Source: the human T2T-CHM13v2.0 reference genome, Homo sapiens. From it: a stretch of DNA of 64,000 nucleotides. The notes under the pieces are model-generated. The model did no database searches. It saw only the letters and a list, made by a program, of their open reading frames with translations, and was not told the origin of the DNA. Every line of letters begins with the position of its first letter. The first letter of the stretch is position 1. Shown piece by piece: positions 28,600 to 46,812 of the stretch. The stretch lies in assembly GCF_009914755.1 (NCBI RefSeq), contig NC_060940.1; one strand, 5' to 3'. The position numbers and the translations under genes were made by a program.

Positions 28600-31500
28600 A
28601 TTGAAATCAGGCCATCTATGTAGGTTAAAAAATATCCAAGCTTAGAAATTAAAGTAATCCTCAGTTCATAGTTCTTTCTAGGCACTCAGCAGTGAAAAAA
28701 AATACAAATCCATTCTAGGAAAATGCATCCTCAACCCTGAACTCATAGAATTTGCTCAGATTTTCGAGTTTACATGATCTTATAATAGAATAGACAAAGA
28801 AAAGTCACCAAAAGCCCATGAGTAAACAAGATTCTATGAGCAAAAGCAAACAGAAATAACAGGAATAAAATCTAATGAAGAAACACAGTATTTCAAACAT
28901 TTGGATCACATAATTTAGAACATAAAATAAGTATGTTTAACGTGTAAAGATGGAAGAAGGGAATAGAAATATGAGCCAGAAAAAAGGGACTACAAAATAT
29001 AACCAGGCAGATTTTTAAATAAAGATTCAACTAGATTGCTTATGAAAAATAATTAAAATTTAAAATTCAATAGATAAGTAAAACATCAGATTTGACATAG
29101 ACAAAGAGAGAATTAGTGAACTAGAAGATAAAACTAAAGAAATTAGCCAGAATAAAGCATAGAGAAACACAGAGATGAAAAATATGTGACAGAAATGATA
29201 ATGCAAGGAGGGGACAATGAAAAAATCTAATCTATTCTTAACTTTAGAAGAAGTGATAATACAGAAAGTAAGAGACAATATTCAAGGAGATAATTATTGT
29301 GAATTTTCAAGAAATTTTGGAATACATGAATCATTAGAATCAGGAAGCATAATGATCTCAAGCAGGATAAATATAAAGAAATCCACAAATACACCATACC
29401 TCATCAGAGTGAATCTTCAAAACATCAAACATAATGAGTAAATCTTGAGAGCAATCAGAGAGAATGACAATTCACCAGGAGAGAAACAGTATTGATATCT
29501 GACTTCTCAATGGCAACAATGAAAACTGGAAACTACAATATAATATATTTAAATTACTAAGAGGAAATAATTTACAACCTATAACTGAATTCCCAGAAAA
29601 TTAGAGTCTGAGGTTAAAATAAACACATTTCAGATAAAAACTGAAAGTTTACAAGCAATAGACCCTCACTGAAGAATTCTTAAGCGCTGTACCTCAGGAA
29701 GAAGGTAAATGATCCCAGAAAGAAGGTATGTGCTGCAATAAGAAATGCCAGCCAAAAACACAATCAGAAAAGGAATATATTAGATATGGGTATATCTAAA
29801 TAAACATTGCTGTGTAAAATGATAAGACATACGGCTCTACTTTAGTAAAGTAGATTTTGTTATCGGGTGAACCATTCTGTAGATAACAATGATAAATTCT
29901 GGACAAATATTTTAAAAAGAGCTACTCAAAGGCACTGATTTATAGACAAAGCTAAAATTATCAAGTGTCTAAGAAGCAACCACAGGAGAATCTCTTGACA
30001 GGTGTGTGTGCTGGGGGATGGGGAGGGCATGTAAATATTTCTTAGGACACAAAAAGCAATAGTTATAAAAGAAGACCTCAGGCCTGGGCACGGTGGCTTA
30101 CACCTGTTAATCCCAGCACTTTGGGAGACCAAGGTGGGCCGATCACTTGAGGTCAGGAGTTCGAGACCAGCCTAGCCAACGTGATGAAACCTTGTCTCTA
30201 CTAATAAAAAATGAAATAAAATATATTAAAAATTAGCCAGGTATGGTAGTGCACACCTGTAGTCCCAGCTACTCAGGAGGCTGAGGCAGGAGAATCACTT
30301 GAACCTGGGCAGCGGAGGCTGCAGTGAGCCGAGATCACGCCATTTCACTCCAGCCCGGGTGACAGAGAAAGACTTTGTGTCAAAAAAAAAAAAAAACAAA
30401 AAACAAACCTCATTATGATTGTGCCACTATTGCACACCAGCCTGGATGATAGAGTGAGACCCTGTCTCAAAAAGAAAAAAGAAAAAAAATCATTAAAATT
30501 TACAAAAAAACACCATTGATAAGATGGAAAAGCAAGCTACAGAATCAGACAAAAAATATTTGAAAAATATGTATCTGACAAAGGACTTGTAAAAAACACA
30601 AGTCAATGACTAAAAATAATCACTCAATTTTTAAGAAGGGCTAAAGATCTGAACTGACATATCACAAAGAAAGATATAAATGACCATTAAACACATGAAA
30701 AAGTACTTAAAGTCATCAGTGATCAAGGAAATGCAAAATTAAATTATAAGATAACACTACATACTCACTAGATTCGTAAAATTGAAAACACTGAATGTTA
30801 GTGTGGATTTAGAGCAATTCGAACTCTTATATATTGCTGGTGGGTATGTAAGATGGCACAATTATTTTGGAAAACTTTTTGATAGTTTTTTATATAGTTA
30901 GATATTCACCTGCCCTTTCTCCAGCAATTACCAGAGAAATAAAAACCTAGATACAAAAGATTTGTACAAGAATATTCACAACAGCTTTGTTCAAAATAGT
31001 CAAAATGGAAACTCAAATATTCACAAATGGGAGAATGAATAAACTAATCATAGTATATTATATTCATGCAATGAAGTATTACTCAGCAATGAAGAATAAA
31101 CTACTGACACTCAAAACAACATAAATGGATCTCACAGACATTATGCTGAGCAGAGGCAGTTGGACACAACAGAGCACATACACTATATGATTCAATTTAA
31201 ATAAAGTTATAAAACAGGTAAAACTAATCTATGGTGAAAAATATATCAGAAAATTGTATCAGGAGGATTGAGTAAAAAAAGGACCCCAAAAAAACCTTTC
31301 TTGAATGATGTTCAATACTTTAATAGGGGCATGCATTACATGGATAGATATATTTGAAAAAACCAAACTCATCAAAATGGACATTTCACTGTATGTGAAT
31401 TTTATCTCAAAAAAGAACTACAAAATATTAAATTCTAATTAGTAGGCTTGGGTTTTTGTAATAATCTGAGTGAGTAATGTAAAACTAACTTCCGTGTCTA

Positions 31501-33560
31501 GGCTTGAGCAAATGAATAAATACATTAAGAATAATGGAAACCAGATTTCTTCAGTGTTAGAGACAGGAGTTATAAATATGGAAAGGGGGAAGACTAGAAT
31601 TTAACCTATGATGTTGAAGTGGAATTAAAGTTATCAAGATGAACACTTTTAAAGTAATGATTAAAAATATAGATATAGGTATATATAAAAAAAGTGTGTT
31701 TTAGAACTATAAAAACAAATTTCCTACTTCTATCAGTTGAGGGAGCATAGATGCAATGATACACCAACATCAGTGAGCACACTTAGTACACAGATTTTGG
31801 TTTAAAAATGCCACTGTCTACTAAAAGCAATTAGGCTCCATGGAGAAAAGGCTAATTTTTGACCAGTACAGGGAAGTATAAGGTGAGCCTAGAATATCTT
31901 GCTCCAGCAAATGAGAAAACGCTCAAAGAATGATGGGGACATATCAAAAGAGTATAGGAGACAGTTTAAAGGGGCTACTTGACAAATTTGGAACAACTTA
32001 TATATCAAAATAATGATAATAATGGATTATAACCTATAGAATAAAATTAGTGTCGGTAAGTTCATACTGATATAAACAGGAAAACAAACAAACATAAGAG
32101 AGAAGGGAAAGATCTACCTTACAGTAAAATGTGACTAATAGAAAAGGAATAGTGGTGTCATATAATACTTTAAAAAGGTTGCTAATAGGTAAAAGTTTGA
32201 TGAGGAGTGGAATAGTCACATAGTCTCAAAGTAGCTACTCATACATTATCTATTAATTAGAAAGAGAAAAGCAGTAACTTATAGAGTGGAAAGACCCTAG
32301 CACATACCACCTTAACCAAGTGATACAACTTATCATCACCCCAATATTATAGCAAACCATGATAGGCTCATATCATGAGCCTTCTGATACAGTTGGCTGA
32401 GAAGGATATGCCATCAGTTCTGTGCTATTTCTTCCCCACATGCCTAATCAAAATCTAATTATGAGCAAACATTATGCAAGCCCAAATTCCAAGGCCAAGT
32501 AAGAAAAAGGTCTGAGGAAATGTTATAGATTAAATGTGCCTACAGAGATATGGCAGCTAAATTTAATTTGGAGCAATTTGAACTTTTGATTAGATCCTGG
32601 ACTGAGTAGGTGGGAGATAGCTATGAGGTCATTATTGGGACAACTGACTAAATATGAATATGGGCTAAAGCATAATAGTATTATACAATGTCAAATTTCC
32701 TGATTTGGGTTATTGTACTTTGGTTATGTAAGAGAATGGCCCATTCTTAGAAAATATATATTGAAGCATCAGGGGTAAAGGGGAATAATGTTGCTAACTT
32801 TCCAAATTACTCTTAGATGGGAGTAGGCATTGAAGAGAGGGAGTGGGGATGGGGGTGGAGAGAGAGAGAGAAAGAAATGGTGTGAGGAGGGAGAAAATGA
32901 CAATCTTGTAACATTTCACCTTTTAAGGTGAAAAAGCACACCCTGAGGATGGTAGAGCAAGATAGGAAACTTGGACTTTAACGATTTTGGACCTACCACA
33001 TTGCACTAAGTTGTTTACCTCTGAACTTTATCTACATGAAGAGAAATAAACTGTACTTTTGTTGAAGCTACTGTTACTCATTTGTTCATTTCTTTGTTTT
33101 TGTCAAGCATAGCCAAATCTAATCTGAAATAATACATGAAATAGTCAGAACTCTTACCTACTGTTGATGGGAGTGTGGATTAATATAGCCACTTTGAAGC
33201 ACAAATTGGTATTATCTAGTAAAGCTGAAGATGCAAATATTCTATGAGTCAGAAATTCTACTCCTAGTTATATATCCTAGACACAACTGCACATGGGCCA
33301 TGGAAGACAAGAATTCTAACAAGAATTTCACAGCAGCATTGGTTTTAATAACAAAAAACAACTGAAAAAATACTATCCATGTGTGTGAAAATTGATAAAG
33401 GATATTCACACCATGGTATACTATTCAACAGAAAAAACAAGTGAAGAAAGCTACATATTCAATGAGTGAATTTCAAACACATAAAGTTGGGTAAAAAAGG
33501 CAAATTACTAAAAAAGATGTCAGTATGATAACATGCATATTAAAATAAAAAACGATGCTG
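28600..33560 (+). mobile_element. Series of old L1 (L1ME/L1MC) ORF1, ORF2-end and 3'UTR fragments
   Basis: ORF1-like gagagaattagtgaactagaagata; 3'UTR-like ccaccttaaccaagtgatacaacttatcatcacc (L1MC4-type). Confidence 0.75.
30081..30489 (+). mobile_element. AluS plus a second Alu 3'-end fragment
   Basis: Full Alu to ~30407, then gattgtgccact...gagaccctgtctcaaaaa. Confidence 0.9.
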
Positions 33561-33658
33561 CATTTATTCTGGGGTAGAAAAAGCTCTGGGGTACTAAAAA
33601 TGAAAATAATTAAAAATATTAGTGCAAGTATTGAGAAAGAAGATGTCTTTAATATCTA

Positions 33659-34100
<442 letters not shown>

Positions 34101-34118
34101 AAGAAAGAATGTCTAGAC

Positions 34119-34306
34119 CAACACTATCCAATAGAGCTTTCGACAATGACAGAAATGTTCTATTATCTGTGCTGGCAAACGTACTAGCTAAATATGGCTA
34201 TTAAACACTTAAAATATGGCTGATGCAACTGAAGAACTGAATTTTAATTTAAAATTTTAATTAATTTAAATAGCCAGAGGTGGCTAATGGCTACTGGTTA
34301 ACACAA
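34119..34306. mobile_element. MER3 (hAT-Charlie) with perfect 8-bp TSD
   Basis: TSD gtctagac at 34111-34118 and 34307-34314; MER3-type body. Confidence 0.85.
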
Positions 34307-34319
34307 GTCTAGACTATAC

Positions 34320-35260
34320 ATTCTTCCACAAGTATGGTAGTTCCTCAACTCTTTTCTTATATGTTTGGTATATCACTCAAAAGTTGAGCTTAAAGAATGA
34401 TGACACTGCTATAATACGTCTCCTCCTATTTCCATCTATTTATTTATGCTAACAGGCTTCTCAAGGCTTACATCAGCAAAACAAAAATATAAATTAAAAA
34501 ATTCACTCAGTCAATCAGTAAAATTGACATACAGGCACATGAGCTAATTGGGGAAACAAGTCTTATGCATCTCACTAACAGAGGTGCATTTAAAAAATTT
34601 TTTTTAATTTTGTTTTTGATAAAAACAATTACTTTTTAAAATAATTACTTATAAAATTTGGGTAATAAATTTGTTATTTTGATCAATTGTGTAAAAAAAT
34701 AAATGTAATGATAATTTGATACAAAGATATTTTAATGCTTTAAGAGGAGATTCCCAAACTTTGTTCTTGAGGCCCTTAGTGTTGCAATAGGTTTTTTTCA
34801 GGGCTATTCTAGGGCTAAAAGAAAAGAAGTCCCAGCTTAGTAGTAGTAGTAGTTCAGGTCATGCCCAACAGATGTCGCTGTGTTTCTCTCTAAAATTTAA
34901 ACTATCCCACAGAGCCCCTGCAATGAGTTGGCTGCAATGCTCAGGGGTGTCTTGGTACGCAGTTTGGGATCCACGGACCTAGAGTCTTTGGGGCCTACAA
35001 AATGAAACAACTGGCAAATCTGGATAAATAACATATGGGAGTATATTTCCAATGTTTATGAGTAGTTTCCCAGAGTCATTTAACTAACGGAAAATGTATA
35101 AAACACCTATAAAAAGGCAGATTTAAATAATTTTAAAAGATTATAAATAATTTTTGGACAGACTAGTAGTGAATGGTACGACTGTCTAGGAGTCCACGAA
35201 TAAATTATGAATTATAGATTAAATGTCCTACCAAAGAAATGGATTGATATGTACATATAC
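34320..35260 (+). mobile_element. Charlie4/MER113-like hAT transposase remnant
   Basis: ~34400-34460 translates AIIRLLLFPSIYLC*, a degenerate hAT dimerisation motif (LLPFPSTYLCE). Confidence 0.6.
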
Positions 35261-35489
35261 TATAAACATGCCAGTGCCTACAACAGGAAAAATATTTAAT
35301 TGTTAGGTCTGTAAAAAGAGGTATTCAGCTTAGAAAATAAGCCTCTCTCAGCCCACATCTCATCTTCCCACTATGGAGGCTGCTTGTGGCCACATACTGA
35401 GGAGATTGTCTAATGTGCTATTATTCTTTGATGATTCACTTGGACCAGGCTAAGAGAGTAGATCCACCCTGGAAAGATTTACATAAATG

Positions 35490-35610
35490 AAAGAGAGACA
35501 AAGAAAGGTGTGGGCTGGGGGAAGAGAGGAGGAGTGGGAGAGAGGCAGAGAGAGAAAGGGAGAGGAAAAGGGAGGAGAGGGAGAGGGAGGGAGAGGGAGA
35601 AGAAAAAGTG
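35490..35610. repeat. GA-rich low-complexity polypurine tract
   Basis: Nearly pure G/A sequence with several GGG runs. Confidence 0.85.
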
Positions 35611-35891
35611 CTGTAACTGGGAAAGAGAAGTACAATGAATTGAAGAGAATGTTAAGAAGGGTTTAGAAAGAGGAAGAGGAATGATTACAGCTTATTGTGA
35701 GCATCTTTAAATATACAATGAAAGGTAGACAGTTGTATTTTCCTATGTTTATAAATGTATTTTCCCCTTGGTATTTTCTACAAACAGTCCCTATCTACAA
35801 TTTAAATTAGTAGTTTATGGAAAAACAGAGAAGTTCCTCAAGAATAGTACACACAGAAGGACAAAGTCATATCAAAATAAAACATCTCTAG

Positions 35892-36212
<321 letters not shown>

Positions 36213-36415
36213 TGAATTTTGAATAAAATATTAAGATAGTTTATTCACCACTGAACTTGACTTCCTTATAATAAACTTTGGCAGAATTGAAACAGCATAG
36301 ATGCTTTGGTTTGCTTATTACTGCTCTGAATTATGGGAGACTGCTCCATGACAAACTACAGAAAGTCTTCTACTATCAGCAAGGATTGTTAAGAGTTCAG
36401 AAATTCTCATCTTTA

Positions 36416-36740
<325 letters not shown>

Positions 36741-37640
36741 AAATACAAAATAAGGCCTATGTGGAAAGAATTTTTCCCCAATCACAATGTGAAATTTGAG
36801 AGACTCAATCTTTTCGGAAATGTCTTCCTTGTCCAGATTCAGTGGTTTCTCCACATTGTTTCCATTTTCTAGAAATTTAGGCAATTAGTCCTTCTTTCCC
36901 TTCCTCATCAGTACAAGGAGCATAAAAACAATCATTTCAGTAAGTTGTTGTAGAAGTCAAGATACTGTCTGGAAAAGCCCTGTATAATCCTGTAATGTAA
37001 TTCGGTGTAAACCAGCACAGTTATTTCTCTTCTCTCTTGCTTTGGCTTGAGTAAAACACTGTCTTCAGGTTCTTAATAGCTTACTGGAGGTCCCCTTTGG
37101 TAGATTTTGAGGTGAATTTATAACATTGTCTATTATATGGATTGTATGGATTTATGACAATTTAGAGATTCAACAATTCCTTCCAACTCTCTCTGATGTG
37201 TCCATCTTTAGTTCATTTCCTACAACTGGGCACTTTCAAGGCTAAACTCCAAGTTTCTTACTCCTTTGATACCCCTTCTGGAGGATCTAGATAAGTTTTA
37301 TGGCTTCAGATGTTATCAAGTTTGGGCTACCATACTGCCATCTACGATTATACTTCTCTCCACCATTGTCCATGGAACATTTCAGTTTGAATGCCATACA
37401 ACTCCTGAAACATCATATTTAAAAACAAGTCCATCTCCCCGAAGAGTCATCTTCACTAATTTCCCCATCACTATCAACAACATCTTGAGTGTTTCCAGGC
37501 TGAAAGCTGTGGTATCATTTTTTCCCTACTGCTATTTTAACTTACAATTAAAAATTCTGCTAATCACTTCTTTGTAACAACTTTGGTCTCCCCATACTCC
37601 TACTCCCAGCTTCCAATTCCTCTACTTCCCAGATCTCTGG

Positions 37641-38018
37641 TGTATTAGTCTGTTTTAACGCGGTTGATAAAGACATACCCGAGACTGGGCATTTTATAAA
37701 GAAAAAGAGGTTTAATGGACTCACAGTTCCACGTGGCTGGGGAGGCCTCACAATCATGGTGGAAGGCGAAAGGCAAAAGGCAAAAGGCAAAAGGCACATC
37801 TTACATAGCGGCAGGCAAGAGAATGAGCAAAGTGAAAGGGGAAACCCCTTATAAAATCATCAGATCTCGTGAGACTTATTCACTACCACGAGAACAGTAT
37901 GGGAGAAATCCTCCCCATGATTCAGTTATCTCCCACCCGGTCCATCCCACAACACGTGGGAATTACGGGAGCTAAAATTCAAGATGAGATTTGGGTGGGG
38001 ATACAGCCAACTGTATCA
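37641..38018 (-). mobile_element. THE1 (ERVL-MaLR) solo LTR
   Basis: tgtattagtc...gatacagccaactgtatca; near-TSD tctgg/tttgg. Confidence 0.92.
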
Positions 38019-38816
38019 TTTGGCCTTAACTATCTCATGTGTAGATGATTGCAGAAGGAAGCGCTAGAAAATTCTCATCATCTGACTTTTCGTACACCAA
38101 CTAAACTTTGAGATTATTTGTACAATATTATTCTTCAGTTCAAGTATCCCATTGGCTACGTATTAATCAGTAAGTTTATTACTCAAGGTACTTCATTGTT
38201 AGAACTACTGTTTTATTAACTACGAGTTTATTTCCATAAAAGATATTCCACTTCAGCTGCTCACTATGTTTGCTATTCTCAGGTTTGACTTTTCTTGCCT
38301 TCTAAGCTTTTAGGCCATATGGTATAACATTGCCTAAAGAACATCTTCATTACTGTGATGAGTGGCAGATCATTAAAAAAGGGTGTGTGTGTGGCTAGGG
38401 GTCAGTGGGGAGACTTCTGCTGCTGATCATTTGTTCTACAATTAAATAAATAAAATTCAACTTGATTTTTTTTTGGCTTGGTAGCCTAGAATTTATATCA
38501 CTTCCCTCTTTCATCCATAAAGATACATAGGCTTCATCCTCTTCAAAATCCAGCTGAGAAGTTAACTTCAGGAATCTTTCCTGGACTGATTGTTCATGGA
38601 TAAAATTTGTCTCTACTTAGTATCTGTGCTCTTTATTCAGAATTTTTAAGTGCACAGTTGTTGATATGGTATCATTTTCAAGTACTTTGCAGTCCATATA
38701 TAATGTTTGTTATATGTGTATACACACATCTGTTATCATAAGCCTAAGATACATAATAATGTCATATTCCTTTTAATTTTCAAATTAAATGTCTCTATGC
38801 TTTATTTTCTCCCCAG

Positions 38817-38873
38817 GATGTTTGCTTTGCTGACAACTTCAAGACCTCTAAGGATGCTTATTCAGACTTACAG
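38817..38873 (+). other. Candidate 57-nt exon (alternative donor at 38883)
   Basis: Acceptor tttattttctccccag|G; donors CAG|gtcagt and CTG|gtaagc; no transcript evidence. Confidence 0.3.
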
Positions 38874-39330
38874 GTCAGTTCTGGTAAGCATCCTCTGACT
38901 AGTCAACCAAGCAGTTGAATTCTTTACAGCTGTTACTAATGTCACTGGCACAAGATATCCTTATTGAAACAAGGAGAACCCAGCAGCCCCAGCATGTTCT
39001 TTGTTGTCACTATTTAAATACTCTGATGCCATAATTCTTGGTCATTGCCGGATAAGCAACAATAAATTGGGCATGGCTTTTTTCTGAAAACCTGCCCAGT
39101 GCAAGCCTGCTTAGGGCTGAGCCTGTGAGTACCTCTCAATGCATGGGAGGAGCCCAGCTGTACTTACCTACATTTCTTGTGACTTTGGCTCACAGCCAGG
39201 TCTTCACGTACCAATGTATGAGGCTCACATCTTTGAATCTGGGCATGCATATACAAATATTTTCTTTAAGGGTACCCATAGTACCAGGGTGAATAAGTTT
39301 GAAGGACTTTCTAGACTTAGTCTCTGTCCT

Positions 39331-39502
39331 TTATAAAACCATCAGATCTTGTGAGACTTATTAACTATCACGATAACAGCACAGGAAAAGCCTGCCCCCA
39401 TGATTCAGTTACCTCCCACTAGGCCCCTCCCACGACATGTGGGAATTATGGGAGCTACAATTCAAGATGAGATTTGGGTGGGGACAAAGCCAAACCATAT
39501 CA
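39331..39502 (-). mobile_element. Partial THE1 LTR
   Basis: ttataaaaccatcagatcttgtgagac...gccaaaccatatca. Confidence 0.88.
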
Positions 39503-39999
39503 CCATGCCAGCTTCTTTCCCCAGTGTGGCTCCAAGAATGCTGACAACCAAACTCATAATTTCAAGACAGGAACTTAGAAAAATCCTCTCTGAAATAGCA
39601 CCATCATAAAATAAGAGACTTCGTAATACTGACATTTGGAGATCCCTAATAAAATGACTAGTCATTCTGTCTAACATTGATTTCAACAGATAACAATCCA
39701 CATTTATGCACAAGAAGATTTCAATTGTCTTTTTAGAACCTCACCCTCAAATATGAATGGAAAGTCAAGGACCAGATATCTAAACAAAGTTCCTCTCTCC
39801 ATACACTAAAAAGCTGAATAAGGAAAAAAAAAAATTGACGAAAAGAGAACAGGAAGCAGAAAATAATCTCATAAGACCCATAATCAATATTGTTAAATAA
39901 GAAAATATTTTGATTGCATTCATGAGACAAGAACGAGAGGGCATAAAAAAGGAACATTCTATGTGCAAAAGTATTATCCAAATTTTAAAATTATGATGC

Positions 40000-41725
<1,726 letters not shown>

Positions 41726-41814
41726 ACATGGCTCTAATTTTTAAAAAATGGCTTCATTGAAATACAATTCATAATACAACCTACCCATTCCAAGTATACA
41801 ATGTAATGGCTTTA

Positions 41815-42178
<364 letters not shown>

Positions 42179-43274
42179 CTAATATTGAATTTAAAATTGT
42201 TTTCAATGCCATGATGTAAACACATGCTCCAATTCACATCCACAAATCTTCCCCAGAATTGACCTGGGAAACACAGATTAGTCATTGCATATAAGTTGTG
42301 GTTACTAAGTTAAGTCTACTTCAATCAAGTCTTTTAATAATCTAGATTCAAGAATTCAGGAATTTGGAATTATAAAAATGTTAACATAAAAATAGGGCAA
42401 AGGATAGAATAATTAAAGTTTCTGTAATAAGAACCTATATGGGAAAATTAATATGTATAAAAATTTCCCAATAAAAATAAAATTTTTGTAATGACAATAT
42501 AGTTTGAGGCTGATCAACAACTTGAATAACCACTACTTGTTGATAGGATCACAAGTGAGGACTGGATAGATGTAGATTATATTTCTATAGAAGTCGTTAC
42601 CCTACCAAATTGCAACTTGGCATTAAACAAGAAAAGTTACAGCTTTTCATTAAAGGTACTCAAATAAATTCATTGTTTATCAAATAAATTTCTACTTAGA
42701 GGAAGACAATGCTGCATAGTAAATTGTTTCTCAAACGTAAGAACTATACAGACCCTTTAAAATGAAATTCTGCATAATCTTAATGTTATATTACTTAAAT
42801 ACATGGAAACATAAAATCATAAAGTTAGGTTTAATGCATTTTCTTAAGCTCTTATAACTATAAAACTAAAATAAATTTTAAAAAATTGTAAAATCAGTAT
42901 TTAAATAAAAATAGTATGATAAATTATTTTGTTTTACTAAAATTGCTAATGTTAGGTTTAATGTAAGGTGGTATTTCTTCAGGCATGTGTCTATAGTTAA
43001 ATTTATTATTTGGTGTTCTATATTTCTAAATTTAATATTTTTAAATTTTCATGTTACTACTGTGGACACTGCCTCTTTACAGAAGTATGTTTTATAAAAT
43101 GGCACTAATGTTCATTGAGTTGTACACTCAAGATTTCTGTACTTTAATAAGTTAAACCTTTATTTAAAAAATAGTTTTCACAATGTAAAGGCTTTGTTTG
43201 ATAGTACAGTATGATCAGACTTAACAAAGTCCTGCTCAGAAACAATCTTTGAATGCCTATTTTAATAAGGTGTC

Positions 43275-43632
43275 TGTATTAGTCCATTTTCACGCTGCTG
43301 ATAAAGACATGCCCGAGACTGAGCAACTTACAAAAGAAAGAGGTTTAATTGGACTTAAACAGTTCCAAGTGGCTGGGGGAGCCTCACAATCATACTGGAA
43401 GGCAAGGTGGAGCAAGTCACATCTTATGTGGATGATGACAGGCAAAAAATGAGAGAATGAGGAAGACGCAAAAGTGGAAACCCCTGATAAAACCATCAGA
43501 TCTTGTTCACTACCAAGAGAACAGTATGGGGGAAACCGCCCCCCATGATTCAATTATCTCCCACTGGGTCCCTCCCACAACATGTGGGAATTCAAGATGA
43601 GATTTGAGTGGGGACACAGCCAAACTGTATCA
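43275..43632 (-). mobile_element. THE1 solo LTR
   Basis: TG...CA termini and perfect 5-bp TSD gtgtc at 43270-43274 and 43633-43637. Confidence 0.93.
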
Positions 43633-44009
43633 GTGTCATTGTTAACATTATAGAACTTTTATTTAAAGGTAAGTTTAAATATTCCTATTATTTCAATTTG
43701 CATTAAATAATCTGATGGGATTTGGAACAGGGTATTTGGCACCACAGAATTGTTTCAAATAGGCACATACAAAAATATGGTCTCCGCAATACAATGACTA
43801 TTTCAAATTCAAGATGGTAACAAAGACAGCAGTGTTCATTTGGGTTCATGTTGCCTTTACTACCACATGCTATGTTACAGATCAATCCTCTTTAAACCAC
43901 TATGGGACCTTCAGTTTTACATTGTACGATGACATTTTTTGCATTCTCTTATCTAGCCAAACACAACCAAATAATTGTGTTTCTAGAGAAAATACCAAAT
44001 AATTGTTCT

Positions 44010-44170
44010 GGAATGCAGGGCCATCAACACTGCTCGCTGCAGCCTTGACCTCCTGGGGCTCAAACAATCCTTCTAGGTCAGCCTCCTGAGTAGTTGGGAC
44101 TATAGGCCCGTGCCACTATGCTCAGCTAATTTTTCATAGAGACAGAGTCTCACTTTGTTGCCCAGGTTGG
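44010..44170 (-). mobile_element. AluJ/FRAM fragment
   Basis: ctgcagccttgacctcctggggctcaaacaatcc. Confidence 0.75.
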
Positions 44171-44269
44171 AGTATTTTGTTATAAGAGGTTACTAAGATT
44201 ATTTGCATTATCATTGTTAAATATAATTAAAAAGATAAAAGCACAATTTTAAACTGTTGAATTTTTTTT

Positions 44270-44470
44270 TATAGCACTTGTCACCTTCTAACATATTATA
44301 TATTTTACTTCTTTATTTGTTTATTGTCTATCTCCTCTATTCCCACAAGAATGTAAGCTCATTTAAGCTCAGGGCAGCAACATTTTTCTTTTTTCATAAT
44401 GTATCTCAAGTGCCCAGAACAGTGTCCAACACATAATAAGCACTCAGTCAATATTTGTTGAAAGAATAAA
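44270..44470 (+). mobile_element. L2 3' end
   Basis: cccagaacagtgtccaacacataataagcactcagtcaatatttgttgaaagaat. Confidence 0.8.
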
Positions 44471-45821
44471 AAACTTTGTTATAAGATGACATCTGGGGAC
44501 ATCCCAGCCTTTCAGGATTCCTAGATTGAGAAATGCTGGAATGAAGGAAAAAGCTTTGGCTTAGAGGCTTATGTCTTAGCTTTCTAGTTTTACTCATCTG
44601 CTTACTACCTACATAACATGGGGCAAGTTATTATACTTAAACTCAGGGAGTCTGATTTTGCCAGGAAGATCAGTAAAATGTGAAGTCAGTTTAAAATTGG
44701 GATAATGGTTAATATGTAAAATATATAAAATACCAGCAGATATGGTGATCATCTTTATTATATTAGAGATATCATAGAAAAATATATAATCAAGCAAAAA
44801 TAAACTTTTCCATATTATCACAATTTTTCCCTCCCTTATTTCATCTTATTCATAAAAACAGAAAATAAGAAACAGGTTCAGGATAAACAAAAAAGCAAAA
44901 AAGAACAGAATCCAAAACTTTCACCAAAGCAGCTGGATGAAAACACTGGAAAATGTTTTCCTAACAATCCTTTGTCAGATGTTGAAAGAGCTGTGTTATA
45001 ATAGAGTTATAAGATAAGCTGAAAACAAAGCATCAACAAGAAAATAGAAACGCATAAAACATGTAAAATAGAATAGAGATCACTGTGTGACCTCAGCTGC
45101 ATGGGAGTGGTTTTTCTCCCCCATCATTCATGTACACTTTATCCGCCCACTTTCTTCCTACTTGTAAGCTCAACTTGGCTCATCAGGAACCTTAACCCTC
45201 AGGCCAACCCTGAAGGAAGAATTAACCTGCTTATTGAACCCTTAGGCAGTGTGCATGGCCAGGAAGCAGGGTATTTGGAGAACACAGAGAGGTGATCTCA
45301 GCATTTTACTGCAATATCCCATAACCGCTGAAGGAAGAGGTTAAAAATGACTTATATTAAGAAAAAGCAGTGTAAATGTGTTTATTGGTTTAAATTTTGC
45401 TGTCAAATGGAATTCTCAAAATACTTTGGAAATACAAGTAGATTTAAGATCTGTTTTAGGTAAGCCTTATTTTAAAAAGAGAGAATAAAATATTACTTAC
45501 TTATTAGCAAGGGACATATCATTAGTATTCACAGTTAAGCACACACTAAAAAGCAATTTTGGATGGCTAAATTCAGTCTTAACCCAAGCCATGTTCCAAC
45601 AATGCAAACAGGTATTGGTAGATAAAAATGGATTTTCCCTTCAACATCCTAATAACAATAAAAAATAGTTAAATATGATATACACTCCTGAAAACAACCC
45701 AGGTGTTAACAGCCAAGAAAACTACGTGACTACTTGTCACCTAGTTCTGCCAGTGTGCAGTTTGCTGATCTCCTTTAATCTTAATGTACAGTAAAAATTA
45801 TCTTAAACAGTCTCCACATAG

Positions 45822-46149
<328 letters not shown>

Positions 46150-46244
46150 CATTTGCTCTTTAAAAACATGACATATCCACCTTGCTGAAGGTTCATGGCT
46201 AATAATCTATTCTCTAGTATGGCCAGATACTCTTTCCTCTAGTT

Positions 46245-46812
46245 AAGTAGAAGCTTACTAAAGATAAATTGTGTTTGTTTCCAATACTGTTTATGCCTGT
46301 TTTATTTGTTACTTTTATTACACAATCTAATTAACTACATATAAACTGATAAAATATGAGTGCAGCAAAAGAACTGTAGCCTATAAAAACAGCAACAAAC
46401 TAAGCTGAATGCTTCAAAAGGACTCAATAAAGAGGTCACTAAAAATTAACTTGTGGATGAGACATTGAAAAAGATTGGAACAACTGTCAATATTTAAAAG
46501 TATTCTACATTTAAATTGTTTCAAAATGTCTTCAGTTTCTTTCTCCAAAGAAATCAAAATGGGAAATCATACATCATGCATCAAGGGTGTGATTTTTGTG
46601 AGAGCTCTGAGAACACCATTCAACAATCTAAACTCGAAGAAAAGATCTTGGCAGCTTTACATCTAAGGATTGGTGAATAAATGCAGTTTTACGTTTTAAA
46701 GAAAGTAAAATGCTTAAGTCTTAACATTTTATTAGTCCCAGCTATAACCGACTTTTTCAGTTAACTGCCCAATTACAAGTCCCAATGGTATTATTTAAGA
46801 GGGTTCTACTCT
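46245..46812 (+). mobile_element. Old Tigger (Tigger12/13-like) with remnant of the CENP-B-type HTH coding region
   Basis: atgagtgcagcaaaaga...gctgaatgcttc...gatgagacattgaaaaagattgg resembles a Tigger transposase N-terminus. Confidence 0.5.
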
